The notes: generated from the letters alone by a model not told the origin. A DNA stretch of 64,000 nt from Squalus acanthias (GCA_030390025.1 CM059432.1:139626001-139690000); one strand, 5' to 3'. Shown: positions 25,406 to 36,145, counted from the stretch's first letter. Numbers and translations are program-made.

Positions 25406-28400
25406 CTGTAAAAAAAAAAGAGAAGTCCCAAAGAGAAAAGAAATCAAAAGTTTTACTGAAACAAAATAATAAAAATGCTTAATATATCTTGCTACGAAAT
25501 TTGGCAAATGTGCTTTTTTAATGTATTTTGCTGCAATAAGGTGTCAGCTGTGTCTCAGTGGGTAGCACACTGGCCTCTGAGTCTGAAGGTCGTGGGTTCA
25601 AGTCCCAGCCCAGAGACTTGAGCACAAAAATCCAGGCTGACACTCCAGTGCAGTGCTAAGGGAGTGCTGCACTGTCGGAGGTGCCGTCTTTCGCACCAGA
25701 TGTTAAACCGGAGCCCCTGTCTGCTCTCTCAGGTGGACGTTAAAGATCCCATGGCACTATTTTGAAGATGAGCAGGGAAGCTCTCCCCCCAGTGTACTGG
25801 CCATCATTTATCCCTCAACCAGCATCACTAAAAACAGATTATCTCATTGCTGTTTGTGGGATCTTGCAAATTGGCTGCCATATTTCCCTACATTTCAACA
25901 GCGGCTACACTTCAAAAGTGCTTAATTGGCCGTAAAGCGCTTTGGGACAGCGTGAGGTGGTGAAAGGAGCGATATAAAAGCAAGTCTTTCCTCATCCGAA
26001 AGACGGCACCTCCGACAATGCAGTGCTTCCTCAGTACTGCACAGCAGTGTCAGCCGAGATCAAGGCTCTGGAGCGAGACTTGAACCCACGACCGTCTGAC
26101 TCACAGGCGAGAGTGCTACAGCTGCGCCATAGCTGACACATAAGAGTAGAAGAGGATTAAAGAGAAATGCGAGTGCTAATCCCTTAATAATATATCAGAA
26201 TGTTCATTAGAATTTCAGTTTAATTTTCACAGAACCAAAGTGGGGCCTATTTTAATTTGGCCGAATCCGTATTAACGGAGCAGCAAAGGTTCTCAAAATC
26301 GGGTCGGTCGGCAATACCGCCCTGTTAATGACAACATTTCAGCTGCTGCCATTTTTTAAGGGGACTTCTGCTGGGCAGCTGCTGTTACAAGCGGTGGGCC
26401 GTTTAAATATGCAAAGTGGGGCCCTGTGACGCACATCGGACTCCGATCTCCAATTTAGGACTGGAGTGGGCGGAGTGAGTCTCCCGATAATTAAAATCTC
26501 CCCACCCGCCCACCCACAGTGATTCCTGCACAGATCAGGGATCCAATCCTATTTGCATCACAGAATCTTACAGCACAGAAGGAGGCCATTGGGCCCATCA
26601 TGCCTGTGCCGGCTCTTTGAAAGAGCGATCCAATTATTCCCACTCCCCCCCTGCTCTTTCCTCCACAGCCCTGAAAATGTTTCCTTATAAATCTTATCAA
26701 TACCAGGATTAAAAATATCCGTCAATGCTGCCAATCGAAGGAGGTTTTTCTTATTTTGTTGGCCTACAATATTGGAACTTCGGAACCTTTACTTTTATGC
26801 GGTAATGTACAGAACTTGTCGACAGGTAATCTGAAGTGGTGAAATCCCTCGGCTTAAATTCGGCAGGGCCTGCAGGAAACCTGTTCTCCCGGGTTTCCCA
26901 ACCGCTTCGGAGCCCCCCCCCTCCGCTCCCAACCTGCCTTCCCCATTAAAATTCAGCCCAAAGTCAGCAAAGGGCACACGGCCCAGTGTTAAGTAAAAAC
27001 TGACCAACAAATGATTCCTCACCAAGTGGCCTTGCAAGATTCTGGAGAAGATCTGCAACTTGCCAGTCAGGTACAGACTGTGGTTTTAGATCGACTGCCC
27101 GTTTATAGAAACCATCCGGTTATCATTCCCACAATGGAAAAAAAAATCTATCCCACTGTTGTCACACAGCCCATGTAGGGTTGCCAACTCCGGTTGGACG
27201 TATTCCTGGAAGTGTCATCACATAACCTCCAACTGCCCCGCCCCTACTCTCCCACTATTGGCCGCCCGACATGTCCATGCTCATGGTGTCCCGCCTTCCC
27301 ACGGCCAATCGAAAAGCGAACAGACTCTTCGTTACCTGATTGGATGATTCTTCCTTTTTTTTTTACCCCCACAAGTCTCATATTTTTATAACTAATAATC
27401 AAAAGTGTTCAAAGAAAATTAAAAAATAAACATAATTTTGTTTAACCCCCCCCCCCCTACGATTCTTTCTCCCGGGTTTGCTCGCAGTAGTGTCCAAGAG
27501 GGGCGCAGAGATCTCGGTGGGTTGTAAGGGCCAGAGGAGGTTACAGACTGGAATAAGTCTTTAACTCCTGGAGACTCCAGGGCAATCCTGGAGGATTGGC
27601 AACCCGAACCCCATGTCACCTTTTGCTACTCGCACTGTCTGGAAACACACTGAACTGAGGGTGTGTGTTGGCAGAGTAACGTTCCACTCACCTGTAGGAT
27701 CCCGCTAACACATACAGGCAGTCTATGATGACAAAATTTTCCTGAACTTGGCCGGAGAACTTCTTTCCTGATTTTGCACAGTAGAGGTCACCAGACACAT
27801 GCCGGACTCCTATATTCTGCACCGCACATCACACAAGAGAGAGAGAGGGGTTTATCAAGAGAATGCAACAACAAGTTTATATTTGAACGACACAAGAAGT
27901 GGCACATTGTCAACTTTGTACTGTTAAAAGTGTCAATTGCGGTTTATATGTCCCATGTCAATTACTTGCTGGTTTTCGACATAAGCGGTTTTTTCTAGTC
28001 TGTAATCTCCTCCAGCCCGACAACCCTCCGAGATCTCTGCACTCCTCCAATTCTGGCCTCTTGCGCAACCCCGATTTTCATCGCTCCACCATTGGTGGCC
28101 GTGCCTTCAGCTGCTTAGGCTCTAAGCTCAGGAATTCCCTCTCCAAACCTCACCGCCTTTCCTCCTTTAAGACGCTCCTTAAAACCTACCTCTTTGACCA
28201 AGCTTTTGGCCATCTGCCCTAATATCTCTTTATGTGGCTCGGTGTCAAATTTTGTCGGATGATTTCGCTAGAGTTTAGAAGAATGAGAGGGGATCTCATT
28301 GAAACTTATAAAATTCTAACAGGACTGGACAGACTAGATGCAGGAAGGATGTTCCCGATGGCGGGGAGTCCAGAACCAGGGGTCACAGTCTAAGGATAAG

Positions 28401-31400
28401 GGGTAAGCCATTTAGGACTGAGATGAGGAGGAATTTCTTCACCCAGAGAGGGTGAACCTGTGGAATTCTCTACCACACAAGGCAGTTGAGGCCAATTCAT
28501 TAAATATATTCAAGAGAAGTTAGATATATTTCTTAAGACTAAAGGGATCAAGGGATATGGGGAAAAAGCAGGGACAGGGTACCGAATTTGGATGATCAGC
28601 CATGATCTCATTAAATGGCGGAACAGGCTCGAGGGGCCGAATGGCCTGCTCCTGCTCCTATCTTCTATGTTTCTATGACGCTCCTGTGAAGCGCCTTGGG
28701 ATGGTTTTCTACAATAAAGGCGCTATATAAATGCAAGTTGTTGTTGTAATTAGCCTGTATTCCAACATCAGAGAAAACTAGTTACTATTTCAAATGCAAA
28801 ATACTGCGGATGCTGGAAATCTGAAATTAAAACAGAAAATGCTGGAAATACTCAGCAGGTCAGGCAGCCTCTGTGGAGAGAGAAACAGAGTTAACGTTTC
28901 AGGTCGATGACCCTTCGTCAGAACTGGAAAAAGCTGGAGCTGTAACTTTTGATTTGGTCGACAGCGGTAAAGATAGACTCGAAAAGATATTGTAGATATT
29001 TTACTTAAAGTGGTATTTCTGTGCTGATACAAAGGTGAATGCCTGTTTTGTTTCAGTGCTCCTGGGCTAAGAAGGGCAAAGGTCAGCCAGGGTTCCAGAT
29101 TTTAAATGATAATTTAGTGACCTGATTGGAAATGTGTCTGCGTCGAGTGAGGACAGGTTTGGGCCTGTGATGCCTGGCATGCACGAACAATCTGTTGACG
29201 CTCTCTGTCCCGTTCACATTGTTAATGGGCACTTGGGTGTGACACCAGAGGGTGACCAGTACCCGTGGGACAGTATCCCAGCACTTTTAGGCAGTGTTCT
29301 CTGACTATATATGCTGTGCCTATATGCATCTCTTCACTTCACCTGACGAAGGAGCAGCGCTCCGAAAGCTTGTGATTTCAAATAAAGCTGTTGGACTATA
29401 ACCTGGTGTTGTGCAACTTCTCACATTTGTCCACCCCAGTCCAACACCGGCATCTCCACATCATCACTTTTAGGATAGCAGGGGACAGAGGAAAATATGC
29501 TCAGAGTAGGCTTTATACTGCAGTAAATATAGATCATAACAACTCGCTGCGTAAAATAAAATTCTCCTCATCTCCCCCTCTGGCTCTTTTGCCAATCGCC
29601 TTAAATCTGTGTCCTCTGGTTACCGGCCCTCCTGTCAGTGGACACAGTTTCTCCTTATTTGGTCTATCAAAACCCCTCATAATTTTAAACATCTCTCTTG
29701 AATCTCCCCTTAACCTTCTTTGCTCTGAGCTTTTGGCTTGTCACTTTTCTCAACATCCTCTGTCGTTTTACCCGGGTTCAGTTCCCTAAGAACTGGTCAC
29801 TCTCCCATGCCTTGGCCAAGTGGCCATTATTCATGTGTGAGCCCAGATATATATGTGTATTGTGTAGTATTAAAACTGGATTATTGTATTCTTTAATATA
29901 ATGCTGACAAAACACATACCTTGAGGAGGCTGTCTTTTATCTGGAGTTTTTCACACATTTCAGTGAAGTATTGTAAAGAGCTCTGGTCTAGTAGCAGGTA
30001 AACAGTGACTCTGCGTTTGTTGGCTGCCTCAAGCACATCACAGAAGATGTCGATGTCGGTGAATATGTCCATCACAATAGCTATCAGCTGGGGAAGAGAA
30101 AGTTAGAATCATCAGCTTCACGGTCAAAAGTTTAACTTTTATGCTTTGACTTCAGTTATGTGGAGAGACTGGAGAAGCTGGGATTGTTCTGCTTAGAGCA
30201 GAGAATATTTTTATTTTCTCTCTCCCACATGGCAGCTGTCTTTCATTCTGCCAGTGCCATTTACACTTCATCTCGAGCCATCTTTTGTTTCTTAACTTGT
30301 CCCATTACCATCTCCTTTTGCATTGCACCATCTCTTAATGTCTCTTAATCTCTCCTGCCTTCCATCCTATCACAGACCTTCCCTTTTGTTCTTTCCTCCC
30401 TCCCCCCCTTGCTTAAAAACCTGTCCCATCTCCAGCTTTTTCCAGTTCTGACGAAGAGTCATCGACCTGAAACGTTAACTCTGTTTCTCTCTCACAGATG
30501 CTGCCTGACCTGCTGAGTATTTCCAGCATTTTCAGTTTTTATTTCAGATTTCCAGCATCTGCAGTATTTTGCTTTTGTATTAAGGTTAAGGGGAGATTTA
30601 ATAGAGGTGTTCAAAATTATGAAGTGTTTTGCTAGTGTAAGTAAGGAGAAACTGTTTCCACTGGCAGGAGGGTCGGTAACCAGAGGACACAGAGCCTAGA
30701 GGTAACAAAGGCATGGATGAGGGTTTCAGCAGTGGAGGAGCTGAGGCGAGGGGCAGAGTCGGACGATGTTATGGTGGTGGAAATAGGCGGTCGTAGTGAT
30801 GGCGTGGATATGTGGTCAGAAGCTCATTTCAGGGTCAAATATGACACCAAGGTTGTGAACAGTCTGGTTTAGCCTCAGACAATTGCCAGGGAGAGGGATG
30901 GAGTCGGTGGCTAGGGAACGGAGTTTGTGGCGGGGAACAAAGACAATGGCTTTGGTCTTCCCAATATTTAGTTATTAGAATACAGCCGGTCAGCTGCTCA
31001 GCACTCAGTGAGCACTAGGGGGCAGCTTGCTAAGCTAGGTGTGGGGCGAAAATCTGCCGACTCCATGAGCAAAACCATGTCGGAACCTGCCAATGAAAGG
31101 GGAGGGAGGCACATCTGGCAGCTACCCAGTGGTTGTCAGTGGGCCGCAGTATTTTTTGCGGGACCTAGAAGTGTATTCCTGCTCCTCCCCTTCCCTGCAA
31201 AAACTCCCCCCCCCCCCCGCAACCCCCACACACAAACGTTCCAGACCAGTTTTAGCACTGGTCATAGGAACAGGAGGAGGCCATTCGGTCCCTCGCTCCA
31301 GTTCCGGCATTCAATTAGATCATGACTGATCTGTATCTTAACTCCATCTACCCACCTTGGTTCAGTAACCATAATAACTGTGCCTAACAAAAATCTATCG

Positions 31401-34400
31401 ATCTCAGTTTTGAAATTTTCAATTGACCCCCCCCCCCCCCCCCCCACCCCCCCCCGGCCTCAACAGCTTTTTGGGGGAGAGAGAGTTCCAGATTTCCACT
31501 CCCCTTTGTGTGAAGAAGTGCTTCCTGACATCACCCTGAACGGCCTAGCGCTGATTTTAAGGTTATGCCCCCTTGGACTCTCCTACCAGAGGAAATATCT
31601 ATCTACCCTACCAACTAATTTAATCATTTTAAACACATTTTAAAATCACATCAGGCGGGTGTTTGGCATCTAAGTATGTTGTGTAAACAGTAAGGCTGGC
31701 AATTGAAAATCGCCCACTTGTGTTTTAATTGCCATTTTTATGCTATATCTTTGTGGGCGTATTTTATTGTGAAGTTGTATATAATTTGACTAAAAATCAT
31801 CAGTTTTATATCATATCATATTGCAATGATAAAGATGGTGTTTTGATATTTTCATTCATTATTCCCTATGCAGCTGAACATAAATAGCCAGGCGTTACTG
31901 AATCCAACTCACTCAGTAAAGACATTAACATGTGTGTTACTATAGAAATTGGCATTAAAAGTGATTTATCTATTCAGAATACAAGCACCCAATAATCAAC
32001 TGAAAATCATTTCTCAATAAATTGGCAGTAATGATACAATTGAAAAGCATGATCAAGACTGCACTGGCAGTTAACAACTACACCGATAACCATTGTCTGA
32101 ACAATAACTTACTCAAAGCTTGATAAAATTACCAATAGATAGATAAATATAGATAGATAGATCGATCGATAGAGATAGAGATAGATAGATAGAGATAGAG
32201 ATAGATCGATCGATAGAGATAGAGATAGATAGATAGATAGAGATAGAGATAGAGATAGATAGATAGAGATAGAGATAGATAGATAGAGATAGAGATAGAT
32301 AGATAGAGATAGATAGATAGAGATAGATAGAGATCGATAGATAGAGATAGAGATAGATAGATAGATAGAGATAGATAGAGATAGAAATAGATAGATAGAG
32401 ATAGAGATAGATAGATAGATAGAGATAGATAGATAGATAGATAGAGATAGATAGATAGAGATAGATAGATAGATATTGATAGATATTGATAGATAGATAT
32501 TGATAGAGATAGATAGATAGATAGGTATTGATAGATAGATAGATCGATAGATCGATATAGATAGATATATGTAGATATATATTGATAGATAGATGTAGGT
32601 AGATAGATAGATATAGATAGATATATGTAGATATATATATTGATAGATAGATTTAGATACATAGTTAGATATAGATAGATAGACAGATAGATAGATAGAC
32701 AGATAGATAGACAGACAGACATAGATAGATAGATAGACAGACAGACAGATAGATAGACAGATAGATAGACAGACAGACAGATAGACAGATAGATAGATAG
32801 ACAGATAGATAGACAGATAGATAGATAGATAGACAGATAGATAGATAGACAGACAGACAGATAGATAGCTAGACAGACAGATAGATAGACAGACAGACAG
32901 ATAGATAGATAGACAGATAGATAGATAAACAGATAGATAGATAGACAGATAGATAGATAGACAGATAAATAAACAGATAGATAGATAGATCGATCGATCG
33001 ATATAGACAGACAGAGAGACAGACAGACACATAGACAGACAGACACATAGATAGATAGATATAGACAGATAGATAGATATAGACAGATAGATAGGTAGAT
33101 ATAGATAGATAGATGTAGATATATGTACTTATTATAAGTGCCTTGGAGTGATTTCAAAGCTACAATCTAATCTGAGAGTTTAAAAAATAGTTATTAGTCT
33201 GCTAGAGTTTCATTCTTGTAATTCACGGAATAATCTGAGCCTTTGAATAGTTTACAGATTTGTAGTCACTTTGTATATTATTCTTTGTTTAACCCTCCAG
33301 TCAACGAATAGTTTTTTTGGGGGGGGCATCAGGTGAATTCAATATTTAGATTTGGATTTGACCATTACTGATTAACACTATCCAAATAACACAAGATACG
33401 CCAGTCTTATATTCATGCTGTGTATCCTAATTTGGCAATATTGGCCCAGATCGTGCTGGAGTGGGGCATCTTGCAGCGTGCCCCATTTGTTAGATTTCTT
33501 ACTGCACCCTTCAGCTCGAACATGTTTGCCCCTGTAACTTGCTGGGAGTGCGAGCTGATAATGGCGTGGCGAGGGCAAGGGGGCGTCTGGGACCTCGGTG
33601 AACGACGGGACCAACAGTCTATCTCCTTAACCAATGAGAGTTAAGGATTGAGGAAGAAACAGAGGAACGGTGGAGAATGAAATCGGGCGAATTAGAGTCA
33701 AATCAGGTACGGAAAGAGAAATAAAGAGAGGGAAAGAAAGATTGGATTAAAAGAGAGAAAAAAGAGACAGAAAGGAAAAGTAAGAATTCAAAAAAAAATT
33801 ACATTTTAATTTTTAAAATCCTGCAGGAATAACTTACTACCTGCAGGAGTGAGACTCTACAGTTTCAATTGTTCCCTATCTGGGCCGGAGAGGTTGAGTG
33901 GCATTGCAGGAACACAAATCTTGTCATTAACAGGGTCCTTATGTCATTAAGTACCAGCCCTAACTTTCTGCAGCGAGTTTAATTGGCAATTAATGCGCAA
34001 ATGCAGCAATTTCAACTTGGCGGTTGAACTCGAGATCTTGTTTTCCGCGAGGTTAATGACAGAGCTGATGCAAATCATCCCGCAACTTGTAGCGATTCAC
34101 AACTCACGGCACAACTGTTTCACGCCACAAGTTGCTGGATTTTTTTTACGCATTAATAACAGCATGCGCATTTAACTCGCCTTTATGTTCCCAGCAAATT
34201 CTGGGCCATTGTCATCTCACAACAAACATCACTGAGTTCCACTGTAGAAAAAAGAATTACCTCGACAGCTTGGTTGATGTAAAAGCGTAAAATATCTTTG
34301 ATGCTGTGCGATTTTTCAGTCTGAAAGTAAACTTTGATGTTTGAGGGTCCGTTCAGGTAATACCTTTTGTCTGACATCGGCCACCCTTGCTCCAGCGCTG

Positions 34401-34776
34401 GTCCGTTGCTGTCCGAGACCATTGGAAAGTAAGTATCAGACAGGTCGGTGGAGGCATCCGATATCCCATGTTCAGTTTTTTCTCCTTCGAGAAGAGGTTC
34501 CTCGATTTGAAGGGGTTCCTTGGCGTTACTAATAATGTATTGCATTTCTGAAGGAGATAGGAAGCTCACCTCCCCCTCTCGGGTCAGCACGTTGCCATAA
34601 GCCTCAGCACCGATATCCAGCAGCGCGTCTGTAGCCAACCTTATGCTTTCATTGTGGCTCGGGTCAAACGCAGGCAGAGGGACCCACGGGTTTTTAATCA
34701 TTTCCAGTCGTCTCTTCATTTTGCCAACGTTCTTTTGTCGATACCAGTCTGTTTTCAGATAACTTTGTACGTTCAT
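24916..34776 (-). CDS. FAM83A: FAM83A (DUF1669/pseudo-PLD, CK1-binding family), complete: complement join(34261..34776,29920..30087,27692..27816,24916..25405), 432 aa
   Basis: HNESIRLATDALLD..EGEVSFLS..YFP..VYFQT; VMDIFTDIDIFCDVLEAANKR; YCAKSGKKFSGQ..GSYSFTWLSGQVHRN..VERFDEEFRRLYSQSKPV are DUF1669 motifs. The N-terminal GKMKRRLE..NPW and the position between TBC1D31 and C8orf76 point to FAM83A. 516+168+125+490=1299 nt, phases consistent. Confidence 0.93.
25541..26139. mobile_element. DeuSINE (+, 25541-25990) abutting an inverted head fragment (-, 25991-26139)
   Basis: Same family as 41942-42400; the second piece is the reverse complement of head plus core. Confidence 0.78.
27176..27607. mobile_element. 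hAT-type MITE with embedded L2 scrap
   Basis: TIRs tagggttgccaa / ttggcaacccga; 8-bp TSD agcccatg/accccatg; L2 piece at about 27500-27548. Confidence 0.7.
27692..27816 (-). CDS. FAM83A: FAM83A coding exon 3 (125 nt; not in the ORF track)
   Basis: Manual translation NIGVRHVSGDLYCAKSGKKFSGQVQENFVIIDCLYVLAGSY(S); acceptor gtgcag|AAT; donor AG|gtgagt. Confidence 0.93.
27998..28746 (+). mobile_element. L2 3' end interrupted by a CR1 3' fragment (about 28267-28677)
   Basis: L2 ..[23 protein letters not shown]; tail resumes at gctcctgtgaagcgccttggg..gttgttgttg after the CR1 piece. Confidence 0.85.
28789..28940 (-). mobile_element. PLE-derived terminal fragment (family 2)
   Basis: Reverse complement nearly identical to 30430-30578 and related to 63665-63805; carries a hammerhead. 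Confidence 0.65.
28889..28925 (-). ncRNA. Minimal type I hammerhead ribozyme motif (family 2), core intact
   Basis: AGTT-CTGACGA-A-GGGTC-atc-GACCT-GAAA-CG-TT-AACT: helix I AGUU/AACU, CUGANGA, helix II, GAAA, palindromic AACGUU at helix III, UH site. Confidence 0.72.
29296..29465 (+). mobile_element. PLE-derived terminal fragment (family 1)
   Basis: Hammerhead followed by aataaagctgttggactataacctggtgttgtg..catctccacatcat, shared with 16457-16581. Confidence 0.65.
29339..29375 (+). ncRNA. Minimal type I hammerhead ribozyme motif (family 1), core intact
   Basis: TCAC-CTGACGA-A-GGAGC-agc-GCTCC-GAAA-GC-TT-GTGA: helix I UCAC/GUGA, perfect 5-bp helix II, palindromic AAGCUU at helix III. Confidence 0.75.
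29920..30087 (-). CDS. FAM83A: FAM83A coding exon 2 (168 nt, phase 0/0)
   Basis: Pyrimidine-rich acceptor ..cag|CTG ATA GCT; LIAIVMDIFTDIDIFCDVLEAANKRRVTVYLLLDQ..KDSLLK; donor AAG|gtatgt. Confidence 0.93.
30206..30580 (+). mobile_element. PLE-derived fragment (family 2) inserted into a CR1 fragment
   Basis: Splits CR1 ..ttagagcagagaa|..|aaggttaaggggagatttaatagagg; pyrimidine-rich body, then hammerhead and tail. Confidence 0.65.
30444..30480 (+). ncRNA. Hammerhead motif (family 2), helix II mismatch
   Basis: AGTT-CTGACGA-A-GAGTC-atc-GACCT-GAAA-CG-TT-AACT; A-C mismatch in helix II. Confidence 0.6.
32136..33125. repeat. ~1-kb compound (AGAT)n/(AGAGAT)n/(AGAC)n simple repeat in FAM83A intron 1
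   Basis: Directly visible; explains the two long spurious S/I/Y/L ORFs. Confidence 0.97.
33443..34207 (+). mobile_element. 765-bp non-autonomous DNA transposon, 3-bp TSD (PIF/Harbinger-like)
   Basis: TIRs ggcccagatcgtgctgg / ccagcaaattctgggcc; ATT on both flanks. Confidence 0.72.
34261..34776 (-). CDS. FAM83A: FAM83A coding exon 1
   Basis: First in-frame ATG at 34776 (MNVQSYLKTDWYRQKNVGKMKRRL); donor GAG|gtaatt at 34260. The start codon choice is inferred. Confidence 0.88.
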
Positions 34777-35029
34777 TGTTAATGATTGTGACTGGCTCCA
34801 CAGCAACTCAGTGACAGCTATGTTTACAGCTGCATTAATACAGGAGGATAGTCCCTGAGGTAAGTCACGCAATTATGTGTAAACAAGAGAATTATACTGC
34901 CCTACCTTTAGGCAAGTGCTGAATCAGGGTAACCGCATGCTCAAGATAACTTCAGGAAGCTGTCACATCTGATAAGTCCATAAGAAGTAATTTAAGGTTT
35001 TTTTTTCCCTGGCACGTTTTCAACACTCA

Positions 35030-35156
35030 TGACTCATTTTAAACGTTGGCGTTTTCGTGGACCGACTTGTGCGCTCATTGCCAACTTGAGGATCTGTAGT
35101 TGGTTGTTAGGTATCGGGTCGAGGAGGAGAATCGGTAGGGTCCCGATCATGAGTCA
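35030..35156. promoter_or_regulatory. Two AP-1 sites upstream of the FAM83A start codon
   Basis: TGACTCA at 35030-35036 (within ATGACTCAT) and TGAGTCA at 35150-35156, in repeat-free sequence 250-380 bp upstream of the ATG. Confidence 0.4.
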
Positions 35157-36145
35157 AAGTTAATTCCCCCCTCGTCGCCCAATGTACTGTATTCTTGAAT
35201 ATTAAACTCTCAAAGTTAGCTTTGGCTCAGTGGCAGTAGCTCATGGGTTCAAGTCCCACTCCAAAGACTTGAGCACTCATTATCTCGGCTGTAGTACTGA
35301 GGGAGTACTGCACTGTCGGAGTTGCCGTCTTTCGGATGAGATGTTAAACCGAGGCCTCCGTCTGCCCTCTCAGGTGGGCATAAAGGATCCCGGCACTATA
35401 TTGAAGAAGAGCAGGGGAGTTCTCCCCAGTGTCCTGGCCAATATTTATCCCTCAACCAACATTACTAAAAACAGATTATCTGGTCATTATCACATTGCTG
35501 TTTGTGGGAGCTTGCTGTGTGCAAATTGACTAGATTGGAGGCAGTTCAGAGAAGGTTCACTAGGTTAACTCCGGAGATGAGGGGGTTGTCTTATGAAGAA
35601 AGGTTGAGCAGGTTGGGCCTATACTCATTGGAGTTTAGAAGAATGAGAGGTGATCTTATTGAAATGTATAAGATTCTGAGGGGGCGCGACAAGGTAGATG
35701 CAGAGAGGATGTTCCCCCTCGTGGGGGAATCTTGAACTCGGGGGCACAGTTTCAGAATAAGGGTCGCCCATTTAAAACAGAGATGAGGAGGAATTTTTTC
35801 TCTCTGAGGGTCGTGAATCTTTGGAATTCTCTACCCCATAGAGCTGTGGAGGCTGGGTCATTGAATATATTTAAGGTGGAGATAGACAGATTTTTGAAAG
35901 GTAAGGGAGTCAAGGGTTATGGGGAGCGAGCAGGGAAGTGGAGTTGAGGCCAAGACCAGATCAGCCATGATCTTATTGAATGGCGGAGCAGGCTCGAGGG
36001 GCCAAATGGCCTACACCTGCTCCTACTGCTGTGTTTCCTATATTACAACAGTGACTACACTTCAAAAAGTACTTCATTGGCTGTAAAGCGCTTTGGGACG
36101 TCCTGAGGTTGTGAAAGGCGCTATTTAAATACAAGCCTTTCTTGG

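Noticed and set aside
26242..26503. GC-rich segment with TIR-like ends
   Set aside because: Ends match only loosely and no TSD is evident; probably a decayed MITE but not supportable.
32109..33157. 307-aa and 342-aa ORFs rich in S/I/Y/L
   Set aside because: Translations of the (ATCT)n simple repeat, which lacks stops in those frames.
34855..34865. Perfect + strand donor GAG|gtaagt suggesting an antisense FAM83A transcript
   Set aside because: A single 9-mer with no supporting exon or acceptor; expected by chance in 64 kb.
34777..34872. 32-aa N-terminal extension of FAM83A in the ORF track
   Set aside because: Starts at a non-ATG codon; the first ATG is 34776. Likewise the ORF end at 34183-34260 is intron read-through.
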